In this document: positions 27,568 to 36,331 of the stretch, in pieces
Layout: each line of letters starts with the position of its first letter
Position numbering within the stretch: position 1 is the stretch's first letter
Origin: Chitinophagales bacterium
Lineage (GTDB): Bacteria > Bacteroidota > Bacteroidia > Chitinophagales > UBA2359
Assembly (NCBI GenBank): GCA_049613665.1
Contig: JBMZCV010000010.1
Location: 1 to 52,035 of the forward strand
Length of the DNA: 52,035 nt
Direction: 5' to 3'
Program-made: the position numbers and the translations under genes
Notes under the pieces: generated by a model
The model's input: the letters and a program-made list of their open reading frames with translations, nothing else
Databases searched by the model: none
What the model was told of the DNA's origin: nothing

Positions 27568-28890
27568 TTACTGATTAAAATTGAAGCCTAATTTTACGCC
27601 CCATCTTTTGGTGTCAGTAAAACTTTGTACAAAGTCGAAACGAGCGATTTTAAAAATATTTTCAACACCAATACTATACTCACCATAATACAAATTTTTA
27701 TCGACATAAAATGTGTTGAAGCCAACTACTAATTTCCATTTCAATTCCTTGATAATTGGTACTTTTTGCAAAGCACTTCCTTTGAAATGATGCTCATAAA
27801 AAGTTTTTAGATAGCTTTTATCTGTATAAAACTCATAATATTTAGTAAGCTGATAATGTTGCAAGTATGTGTAAGATGCAAAAGTTTCATTGCCATTGAA
27901 AAAGGTATAATCTGCAATACCTAGTTTTTTGTTATTTATATAACTCCCTGCTGAAATATGGTAGTAACTATCTCCTATATTTCCAATCGCAAACTCATCT
28001 TTAATAGTCATTTCTAGTTTATCAAAATTGACATCGCTGCCCAAAATTTTGGCAATTCCTTTCGTAAAACGGAGGTTTAACTGTGGATAGCGGCTAGAAT
28101 AATTACTTTTTTTGCCATTCACAAATTCATATTTTTGCCCACAATTGACATTGACATCTATTTGAAAAAGCAAAGCTTCATGAGCCGAAAAGTCCAACGG
28201 ACTTGTATTAGGAGCATAAAGGCGTTCCATTTGTTGTCGAATGGTAAAATCGCTATTATTTTTCAAAGGAAAACGTTTGTTGAAACCAATTTTCGCTTTT
28301 GCTTGCACACCAGGAAACAACTCACGAAAGTAGCTGATTTCAGCAAATCGTCTTTCATAAATTTTCATGATATTAAACTTGAGCAGCAAAGTATTCAACA
28401 TATTCTGCGATTCTTGCACCGTATTTGGCTCAAATTGCGATACATCTATACCACCTTTCAAGCTAATGGCTTCTAACTTTCGGGCATTTCCAAAATATTT
28501 TGCAGAAAAAATAGGCTTGAAATGTGTATCTTGAGTAGTAAATCGCCAGGCAGAGCCAACCTGAAACCTTTTATTATTTTTTAAAAAAATCTGATGCTGA
28601 AAGCTTGGTTTGAAAACAAATCCTTCGACAATATTGAAAGACCAACTTTTGAGCAATGCTTTTACAATGAACTCCTCATTTTTATATTTGTAAATGTAGC
28701 CTTTTGTAAATAATTCTAGAACCTTGAGTTTATTGGTATGATTCAGTACCGAATCTGCCTCACTAATGCTATTTTGCAAAAACGTATTTATTGCTCCCTT
28801 TTCTATTAATGTATTTTGTTGTGCCTTGCTTATTTGCGTAAACACACACAAATTCAAAAAAAATGTAAAAAAAAGTAAACCTGTTTTCAT
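27568..28890 (-). CDS. Outer-membrane beta-barrel protein, hypothetical.
   Basis: 440-aa ORF with a signal peptide, alternating amphipathic beta-strand pattern and an aromatic-rich C-terminus (WGVKLGFNFNQ). Confidence 0.5.
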   Translation of the reverse strand: MKTGLLFFTFFLNLCVFTQISKAQQNTLIEKGAINTFLQNSISEADSVLNHTNKLKVLELFTKGYIYKYKNEEFIVKALLKSWSFNIVEGFVFKPSFQHQIFLKNNKRFQVGSAWRFTTQDTHFKPIFSAKYFGNARKLEAISLKGGIDVSQFEPNTVQESQNMLNTLLLKFNIMKIYERRFAEISYFRELFPGVQAKAKIGFNKRFPLKNNSDFTIRQQMERLYAPNTSPLDFSAHEALLFQIDVNVNCGQKYEFVNGKKSNYSSRYPQLNLRFTKGIAKILGSDVNFDKLEMTIKDEFAIGNIGDSYYHISAGSYINNKKLGIADYTFFNGNETFASYTYLQHYQLTKYYEFYTDKSYLKTFYEHHFKGSALQKVPIIKELKWKLVVGFNTFYVDKNLYYGEYSIGVENIFKIARFDFVQSFTDTKRWGVKLGFNFNQ

Positions 28891-29084
28891 TAGTTATCTA
28901 TAAAAAATGGTGATTTGCACAAAATTAAGCTTTTTCAACAATACTTTTGCCGTTTTACTTCTTTTTTGTTTTTATCATCATACGATATGATTATTTTCAG
29001 CTATTTTTTTGACTAAAAATGTACTGTTTTCTAAAACAAAATAAATGTATGTAGCAGTCGGACAGACTTATTCTACAAATTGTG

Positions 29085-29185
29085 AAAGCTAACACATCAA
29101 ATAGATATTATTCACAAAAAAACATAAGCAAAAATATCAGTGCGTTAGTAACCAAACAACCTTTATTAAATAGTGTTGGCATTTA
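29085..29185 (-). repeat. Diverged copy of intergenic repeat family R.
   Basis: The reverse complement reads AAATGCCAACACTATTTAATAAAGGTTGTTTGGTTACTAACGCACTGAT. Confidence 0.5.
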
Positions 29186-30382
29186 TTTTTTCTGATAGAA
29201 AGTTTCTATCATATTGTTTAGTTTAATTAAATCATGTTCGCTAATTGTTAAACTAGCTTTTGCATAGCTGATTCGTTCAAAAAGTTGGCGAATGAAAACG
29301 AGTTCTACTCCTGTTTTTTGGGCAAGTCGTTGATAAAAAACATCGGTAAATTCTATTTTTCTAATAAACAGCTTTGTTCTGATATGTTCAAACAAGTAAT
29401 TTATTTTTTTGTTCGCCAAATCTTTATGGTCAGCATTTTGATAATATAACAAACCTAAAGTTTTCGCAAATTCAAGGCTCGTATTTTTGGGTCGCTCCAC
29501 AATTGGGATAATACGTTGCTTGCGTTTGCTCTCAAATAACATAAACAAAATCATGCCAACAATAGCTAAATACAAAGCCCAACGCAAAGCTGGCATAGCA
29601 ACCACATATCTCAATGGCGACTTTGCTTCCTTGCGGCCAACTTTATAGTATTCGTCCCAAAAAATAGTTTTGTTTTGTGGCAGATGCGAAAATACTTGAG
29701 CAGCATAACTTGTTGATTTTTCGTCTAACAAATGATAATTTGTAAAAAACAAAGGGTTAGCATGAATATAAAAGCCACCTTTTCCAATAGGAAGATAAAT
29801 AAAATTGGCTTCATTTGTTTCGTTTACGCCCAAAATCAAGGTATTTTCATTGCCAAAATTTTGAAAATAGGCATCATAATTTTGTCTTTTGAATAGATAA
29901 GCAGAATCAGCTTTCAAATCTTTATGCACAAAATTGACATTATTTCTGCCAAACATTTCGCCATCTGTACGCTTCCAATTGCTAATATATTTTTTGCGAA
30001 ATTCAAAAGCTAAAGTATCTTTCCAAGCTTTTGGCCAGCTATTGCAAGCCATAAAAATGTGATTTCCGTTGTGGGCAAAATCCAACAATTTTGTAATATC
30101 TAGTTCATCTGCATTAATATTATTATTGATAAAAATATAGTTTGCAGCATCTAAATCCTTATTAATCAATTGATTATATATAGGCTGATAAACAGATTGA
30201 ATGTCGGAGGTTGGAAAAATAGCAGATAGTTCGTTGTGAAGAATAAAAGTTCCATAAGGAATTTTATCGTCTTTTGAGCAGGTAATGTTCCAATCAATAG
30301 GCTTGGGTTGATTGTATTCGACAACAATCAACAGCAAAAAAAGAGCGAGCAGTAAAAATATGGAAAAGTTGCTTTTTTTCAT
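29183..30382 (-). CDS. Membrane-anchored hypothetical protein with an N-terminal transmembrane segment and an internal one.
   Basis: 399-aa ORF with hydrophobic segments at the N-terminus and at LRWALYLAIVGMILFMLF. Confidence 0.5.
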   Translation of the reverse strand: MKKSNFSIFLLLALFLLLIVVEYNQPKPIDWNITCSKDDKIPYGTFILHNELSAIFPTSDIQSVYQPIYNQLINKDLDAANYIFINNNINADELDITKLLDFAHNGNHIFMACNSWPKAWKDTLAFEFRKKYISNWKRTDGEMFGRNNVNFVHKDLKADSAYLFKRQNYDAYFQNFGNENTLILGVNETNEANFIYLPIGKGGFYIHANPLFFTNYHLLDEKSTSYAAQVFSHLPQNKTIFWDEYYKVGRKEAKSPLRYVVAMPALRWALYLAIVGMILFMLFESKRKQRIIPIVERPKNTSLEFAKTLGLLYYQNADHKDLANKKINYLFEHIRTKLFIRKIEFTDVFYQRLAQKTGVELVFIRQLFERISYAKASLTISEHDLIKLNNMIETFYQKK

Positions 30383-30429
30383 GATTTTGGCAGATTAAGT
30401 AGTTGTTCAGAAGCTTTTGGGCATTTCAT

Positions 30430-30612
30430 AACAAGGCAATACCTTGATTTTTCAATGCGTGGGCCACTAAACAAATGCTTTATTAAATAGTACTTAACTT
30501 TGAGTAGCACTAACGAATATAGCTAAAAAATAAGTAAGTGCCAAACACTATTTCATAAAGGTCAGTTGATTGCTAACGCATTGATATTGAGTATCTTAGT
30601 TTTCACAACTTG
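30430..30612 (+). repeat. Composite copy of repeat family R: an R core plus a GCAATACCTTGATTTTTCAATGCG sub-motif.
   Basis: AGTGCCAAACACTATTTCATAAAGGTCAGTTGATTGCTAACGCATTGAT at 30537-30585. The upstream sub-motif is also present in the copy at 31874-31951. Confidence 0.6.
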
Positions 30613-30634
30613 TAGTATAAGTCTATTCTACTGC

Positions 30635-31834
30635 TTATGTTTTCAAAACACTTTCGTACATTTCCAATAAATCTTTTCCTATTTTTTGTTTGCTATATGT
30701 CTGTCTGATATTTTTTGCTAAAGCTACTGCATCATATTTCTTATAGTTTTCTATCATATAACAGATTGCATCTTCTAATTCTTGAGGCTTTTTTGGCGAA
30801 ATAAGCAAGCCATTTTCTTTCGTAATAAAAATTTCTGGGCCACCACAACGAGTCGCAATAACGGGTTTGCCACAAGCTAAGGCTTCTGCCGTTACGACCG
30901 AAAAAGTTTCATAGTTGCTATTGACGATTAGAAAGTTGATGGTAGGTAAAAAAGCAAGCACAAAATCATTGGTTTTTCGACCATGAAAAAAGATAGATTT
31001 ATTTAAAACTCCAAGTTGCTTGGCCAGATATTTTAGGCTTTCTTCGTCTTCTCCTCCACCGATTATATGATATTCGAAAGGCTCGAAACGCTGGCTTACG
31101 GCTATTTTTGCGACTACTCGTATAATATCGCTAATGTTTTTGACTTTATCGAACAAATCGCCTATGCTTAGAAAGCGAATTGTAGCATTTTTTGAAGAAG
31201 CTTTATCGTTTTTTTCTTGAAATTCGACAAACTCTACCACATTGGGAATCAAGTAGTTAGGCCGTTTTAATCCATTTTTTTCGATAGCATTTTGCAAAGC
31301 CACAGATACTGCCGTAAAAGCACTGCTCTGAGCTACAAAAAAACGAGTTAAGGCTTTCATCAAAGCATTTTTTTGAGCATATTTGCCATTGATATAGCCA
31401 GACCAATGTTCTGTTATGCAGTATGAAATATTATATCGTTTTTTGATATAGTAAGCAACTGCGGCAGGCCGATTTAAAACATGAGTATGCACTAAGTCTG
31501 GCTTTTCGTGTTCTTCAAAAATTTGCTGTAAAGCTTGCCTGCTTGTTTTCCAATATCGGTTGATGTTGATGAGCTTTTGCAAAGGAGAAAAAGCTGCTAT
31601 ATGTTGTTTGTAGTAATAAGTGTAAGCTATAAATTTTTCGTTTTTTGTTTTTACTAAAATTGGTGTTTTGGTCGCTAAATTTGGGTCTCCTACCACATAA
31701 AGCACAACAATATCTGCATACAAAGCAGCAGCTTCGGCGTGTTTCTGCACGAAAATTCCAAGTTGTTCGTCAAATTTGTTAGGATACCATTTGCTTAGAA
31801 ATAAAACTTTTATTTTTTTCTTGTTATTCATCAA
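30635..31834 (-). CDS. Family GT4 glycosyltransferase.
   Basis: C-terminal ETFSVVTAEALACGKPVIATRCGGPEIF matches the GT4 E-x7-E region. Confidence 0.8.
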   Translation of the reverse strand: MMNNKKKIKVLFLSKWYPNKFDEQLGIFVQKHAEAAALYADIVVLYVVGDPNLATKTPILVKTKNEKFIAYTYYYKQHIAAFSPLQKLININRYWKTSRQALQQIFEEHEKPDLVHTHVLNRPAAVAYYIKKRYNISYCITEHWSGYINGKYAQKNALMKALTRFFVAQSSAFTAVSVALQNAIEKNGLKRPNYLIPNVVEFVEFQEKNDKASSKNATIRFLSIGDLFDKVKNISDIIRVVAKIAVSQRFEPFEYHIIGGGEDEESLKYLAKQLGVLNKSIFFHGRKTNDFVLAFLPTINFLIVNSNYETFSVVTAEALACGKPVIATRCGGPEIFITKENGLLISPKKPQELEDAICYMIENYKKYDAVALAKNIRQTYSKQKIGKDLLEMYESVLKT

Positions 31835-31873
31835 AAATAGGATTAGTCAAACAAGAGAAATAAATTGCTCATT

Positions 31874-31951
31874 TGTGGAAGCTAATGCCTTGATTTTCCA
31901 ATACGTTAGCAACACATCAAACACGCTATACTAAATTAGTGCTTGGCACTT
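31874..31951 (-). repeat. Copy of repeat family R.
   Basis: The reverse complement reads AGTGCCAAGCACTAATTTAGTATAGC...GTTGCTAACGTATTGGAAAATCAAGGCATTAGC. Confidence 0.6.
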
Positions 31952-33116
31952 AGCTACTGACGACTTCAATATCTGGCATCACTCGCAGGTTGTCTGGAAT
32001 GTCATATTGCCATTTATCCAACGTAAATTTCCATTCTTTTTGAATAGCTTTTATTTCTCGCTCCGAAATATTGTGTTTATTTTTTTTATATTTTCTTTGC
32101 TTGTTAGCATATTTCTTAAAATACTTTTTAGCTCTATCAAAATCGGATAATCCCAATTTAGTATAAATTTTTTCTAATTCTACAAGTGGATCTTGTTCAA
32201 ATTCTTCAAAACGAATTTCGGCCAAATTTCCTTCAGGAATAAGGTGTCTATCTTCATAATATTGAGCAAGAATATTTTGATATGTCCACAAAATTATTTC
32301 TTCTAATTTTCGCTCGCCTACTTGTTCTAATTGCAAGCTAGGCATCATTTCTTTCAAAAATTTCTTATTGGAAAGAAAAACATTGTAAGGATTTCGATAA
32401 ATAAAAACAAATTTTGCTTTTGGAAAAATCTCTAATAGCATTTTTATGCGGCCTGTGTTTGGCGGATTTTTCGATACAAAACGAGAGCCTCCCGTATTGA
32501 GCATGGCAGTTTTAACGATTCGTTCATAGCTTTTTTTGAAATCGCCAATGACTTCATCGCTTACATTTTCAAAGTTTATATATTTTTTATAAAACTCTTT
32601 TGTTTTGCTCGGAAAATACCAAAAGTTATAAAAGCTATAAGAATGCGTGTTGGCTATTGCAAATTCCTCCTCTTGCGGATAATCGGCATTCATTTCTACA
32701 TTGTCGCCTTGCCTTTTGCTAGGGAGAACTACACGCATAAAGTTTTTGAACAATATTTTGCCCATTTTGCCCAACACTACTTCTGGAAAAGTGCCTTGAT
32801 AAGTCGTTACATAAGCTATTGAAGGGTCTTCGCATATCATATTGTGCAAATATGTAGTGCCGCTTCGCCAATGTCCGATGATAAAAACAGGATTTTCGGG
32901 CAATGGCAAGCTATCGAGCATTTTGTTGTAACGAGAGCGTTCATATATACGAAAGGGTTCGCCCAACACGCTTAATAATGTCGCAGCCCATTTTTTGCTT
33001 CTATAATTTTTATCAATATGTCCCAACTTTAAAGTGCGACGCAAAGCAGAAATTGAGCCAGCCGAAATTGCAGGTATTGCAATTTTAGTTTTATAATCTT
33101 TAATTGATTCTAACAT
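31950..33116 (-). CDS. Sulfotransferase-family protein.
   Basis: 388-aa ORF with the 5'-PSB loop IIGHWRSGTTYLHNMI. Confidence 0.7.
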   Translation of the reverse strand: MLESIKDYKTKIAIPAISAGSISALRRTLKLGHIDKNYRSKKWAATLLSVLGEPFRIYERSRYNKMLDSLPLPENPVFIIGHWRSGTTYLHNMICEDPSIAYVTTYQGTFPEVVLGKMGKILFKNFMRVVLPSKRQGDNVEMNADYPQEEEFAIANTHSYSFYNFWYFPSKTKEFYKKYINFENVSDEVIGDFKKSYERIVKTAMLNTGGSRFVSKNPPNTGRIKMLLEIFPKAKFVFIYRNPYNVFLSNKKFLKEMMPSLQLEQVGERKLEEIILWTYQNILAQYYEDRHLIPEGNLAEIRFEEFEQDPLVELEKIYTKLGLSDFDRAKKYFKKYANKQRKYKKNKHNISEREIKAIQKEWKFTLDKWQYDIPDNLRVMPDIEVVSS

Positions 33117-33440
33117 TAGAATAATTTTGAATAAGAATATTTTTTACTAAAGCTAACATTCTTATTTTGTGTAAAATATATATCATTTCAAACTCTCAAA
33201 CACCTTTTTCTATACTAATATGTCTTTCACTTAACAACATTGTAAGCCTTGTCGTTTGATTTCTTTTCACAAAACTAACGAATATTCAGCCAAAGATAAA
33301 CTAGATAGCTTATATTTAACACTATGACGCATAAAATTACCAATCTATTACAAGAATTAGGCATAAACAAAAAGATATTATAGTTTTAAACTATTGTTTT
33401 TTTATTTTTGCTATACAATTTGTATTTTAGCATCTTTTTA

Positions 33441-33535
33441 AGTGCCAAGCACTAATTAATAAATGGCCAATTTGTGCTAACATTTTGATATTTAGCATGT
33501 TATTTTCAGTCATTTGTCGTTTATTGTTGTCTGAA
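33441..33535 (+). repeat. Copy of repeat family R.
   Basis: AGTGCCAAGCACTAATTAATAAATGGCCAATTTGTGCTAACATTTTGAT. Confidence 0.6.
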
Positions 33536-33575
33536 AACTTGTAATTTTTCCCTTATTCCAAAAAAAATAATAGGT

Positions 33576-35702
33576 ATGAATATAGCACATCGGTTACTCA
33601 AAGAATATTTTGGTTATGATAGGTTTCGGCCCATGCAGGAAGAAATCATTAATAATATTTTAGATAAAAAAAACACTTTAGTTTTGATGCCAACAGGCGG
33701 CGGAAAATCTATCTGCTACCAAATTCCAGCTTTAATGATGCAAGGTATTGGAATTGTTATTTCGCCGCTTATTGCTTTGATGAAAGACCAAGTAAGCGGC
33801 TTGCAATTAAATGGTATTCAGGCAGCTTTTATCAATAGCACCCAATCAAGGCATGAACAGCTCGAAATCGAAAAAAATTGTTTGCGTGGTCATATCAAAT
33901 TGCTATATATATCGCCCGAAAAGCTACAAAATGCCTATTTTCAAGATTTTTTGCGTAGCCTCAAAGTTAGCCTTTTTGCTATTGATGAAGCTCATTGCAT
34001 TTCGTTTTGGGGACATGATTTTAGGCCTGAATATGGGCAACTTCGAGTTTTGAAACAACGCTACCCCAATACGCCAATTGTGGCACTAACGGCTACTGCT
34101 GATAAACTGACACGAGAAGATATCGTAAAACAGTTGAATTTGCAAGAACACAAACTTTTTATTAGCTCTTTCGATCGCCCAAATCTTAGCTTGGAAGTAG
34201 AGGAAGGGAGAAATAGAGTCAATAAAATTACTCGTTTTTTGTCGCAACGTCGCCATCAATCGGGTATTATCTATTGTTTGAGCCGTAAAAGTACAGAAAC
34301 ATTAGCACAAAAATTGAGAGATAGAGGTTTCAATGCTGGGCATTATCATGCACGGCTACCTACAAAAGAGCGAAATCAGGTGCAAGATGACTTTTTGAAA
34401 GATAATGTTCAAATTATTTGTGCAACTATTGCCTTTGGAATGGGCATTGACAAGTCGAATGTTAGGTTTGTGATTCATTATAATTTGCCTAAAAATATCG
34501 AAAGCTACTATCAAGAAATTGGTAGAGCTGGCCGTGATGGTGTAGAAAGTCAAACGATTTTATTTTATTCTTTGGCAGATGTAATTATCCATCGCAAAAT
34601 GCTGGAAGATGAGGAGTCGAATATCAAAATGCTCAAACTGTCGAAGCTAGAACGCCTCCAACAGTTTGCGGAAGGGCATATTTGCCGACGTAGAATTTTG
34701 CTCAATTATTTTTCGGAAGAACGCACACATGATTGTGGCAACTGTGATGTATGTCGAAACCCAAGAGAAACTTTTGATGGAACGATAGTAGCTCAAAAAA
34801 TCTTGTCGGCTGTGGCTCGTACCAAACAAAAAACACCTACTCGTTTGATTGTAGATATTTTGCGAGGCATCAACTCGTATAGAGTCGTTTCTAATAACTA
34901 TAACAAAATCAAAACCTTTGGAGCAGGCAGAGATATAAAAGCAGAAAATTGGGTGCAATATATCCAACAAATCATCAATATGGGATTTCTTGATGTGGCT
35001 TACGACAGAAATAGTGCTTTACAACTCAATGAAATGAGCAAAAAGGTGCTGTTTGAAGGCCAGAAAGTGAGTTTGGCTCGTGTTGTGGTAAAAACAGCAG
35101 CCGACAAAAAAGCAGAGCGAGTGAAAAAACGCTCGAAAAAAGAGATTTTTATCGAAGATTTGCTTTACGAATTAAAGATGTTGCGAAAAGAAATTGCGAC
35201 CGAACAAGGTGTGCCGCCTTATGTGGTTTTTAATGATAAAACCTTGCAAGATATGGCAGAAATTTTGCCTTTGTTGCCCAAAGAAATGACCAATATTTCG
35301 GGTGTAGGTTTCAAGAAAATGGCTTTTTATGGCAAGCGTTTTTTAGCTAAAATAACAGAATTTTTGACTACTAAAGGCAAAGACCATAAGGCAGCAACCA
35401 GAAAAGTTAGCTATGCTTTTTATACACAAAAAGCTGATATTCAATATATTGTGGGAGAAAGAGAGCTTACTGCTGGCACTATTGCTTCGCATTTGGCACA
35501 GTTTTATTTAGATGACTATCCGCTAGATATGGATAAATTAGTGCCTCCAGATGAAAGACTTGAAATTGGCAAAGTTGCTAAAAAAATTGGCGTAGAATAT
35601 ATACGAAAAATCAAAGAAGTATTGGGCAATAAGTATGATTATGATAAAATTCGTTTGACCATAGCTTTTTTGGAAAAACAAGAAGAACAAGAAAAACAAT
35701 AA
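33576..35702 (+). CDS. recQ: ATP-dependent DNA helicase RecQ.
   Basis: 708-aa ORF with the DEAH box (FAIDEAHCISFWGHDFRPEY), helicase motifs, a zinc-binding Cys cluster and a C-terminal HRDC domain. Confidence 0.9.
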   Translation: MNIAHRLLKEYFGYDRFRPMQEEIINNILDKKNTLVLMPTGGGKSICYQIPALMMQGIGIVISPLIALMKDQVSGLQLNGIQAAFINSTQSRHEQLEIEKNCLRGHIKLLYISPEKLQNAYFQDFLRSLKVSLFAIDEAHCISFWGHDFRPEYGQLRVLKQRYPNTPIVALTATADKLTREDIVKQLNLQEHKLFISSFDRPNLSLEVEEGRNRVNKITRFLSQRRHQSGIIYCLSRKSTETLAQKLRDRGFNAGHYHARLPTKERNQVQDDFLKDNVQIICATIAFGMGIDKSNVRFVIHYNLPKNIESYYQEIGRAGRDGVESQTILFYSLADVIIHRKMLEDEESNIKMLKLSKLERLQQFAEGHICRRRILLNYFSEERTHDCGNCDVCRNPRETFDGTIVAQKILSAVARTKQKTPTRLIVDILRGINSYRVVSNNYNKIKTFGAGRDIKAENWVQYIQQIINMGFLDVAYDRNSALQLNEMSKKVLFEGQKVSLARVVVKTAADKKAERVKKRSKKEIFIEDLLYELKMLRKEIATEQGVPPYVVFNDKTLQDMAEILPLLPKEMTNISGVGFKKMAFYGKRFLAKITEFLTTKGKDHKAATRKVSYAFYTQKADIQYIVGERELTAGTIASHLAQFYLDDYPLDMDKLVPPDERLEIGKVAKKIGVEYIRKIKEVLGNKYDYDKIRLTIAFLEKQEEQEKQ

Positions 35703-35705
35703 ACC

Positions 35706-36206
35706 ATGAAAGTAATATTTGAAACCGAAAGACTTTGGCTCGCAGAAGCAGCTTTGACGGATAGTGCTTTTTTTTATGAGCTATTGAATACGCCAAAATG
35801 GATAGAATTTATCGGCAATAGACATGTCAACTCTATTGGGCTTGCAGAAAAGTACGTCAAAAACCATATTTTGCCAAGCTACGCCAATCATGGTTTTGGC
35901 TTTTATAAAATGGTTTTGAAAACAACTAATGTAACTATCGGAATATGTGGCTTGGTAAAGCGGCCAAACTTAGAAAATGTAGATATTGGCTTTGCTCTTT
36001 TGCCAAAATATGAGCGGAAAGGCCTGATGTATGAAGCTGCTCAAGCAACGCTAAGTTATGCAAAAACAGAATTGAAATTATCAAAAGTAGTAGCGATAAC
36101 CGTAACTGAAAATCAAGCCTCCAGAAACTTGTTAGTGAAAATTGGTTTACATCAAGCAGGAACGGTTTTATTTGGCAAAGAAACTTTGTTGTTATATTCT
36201 ACTTAG
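35706..36206 (+). CDS. GNAT-family N-acetyltransferase (RimJ/RimL-like).
   Basis: 166-aa ORF with the GNAT fold pattern (IGICGLVKR...GFALLPKYERKGL). It begins 4 nt after the recQ stop. Confidence 0.7.
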   Translation: MKVIFETERLWLAEAALTDSAFFYELLNTPKWIEFIGNRHVNSIGLAEKYVKNHILPSYANHGFGFYKMVLKTTNVTIGICGLVKRPNLENVDIGFALLPKYERKGLMYEAAQATLSYAKTELKLSKVVAITVTENQASRNLLVKIGLHQAGTVLFGKETLLLYST

Positions 36207-36253
36207 TCATGATACAACTCACCATTACATACTTAATATTTTAAATACAAAAA

Positions 36254-36300
36254 AATAAGGTGGTACACATTTTGAAAATGCCTACCACCTTATTTTGCTA
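36254..36300. terminator. Bidirectional terminator hairpin between convergent genes.
   Basis: Perfect 12-bp stem AATAAGGTGGTA/TACCACCTTATT with a 17-nt loop, followed by a T-rich tract. Confidence 0.55.
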
Positions 36301-36331
36301 TTATTGCCTACTCCTTTTTTTTGAATAGAGG

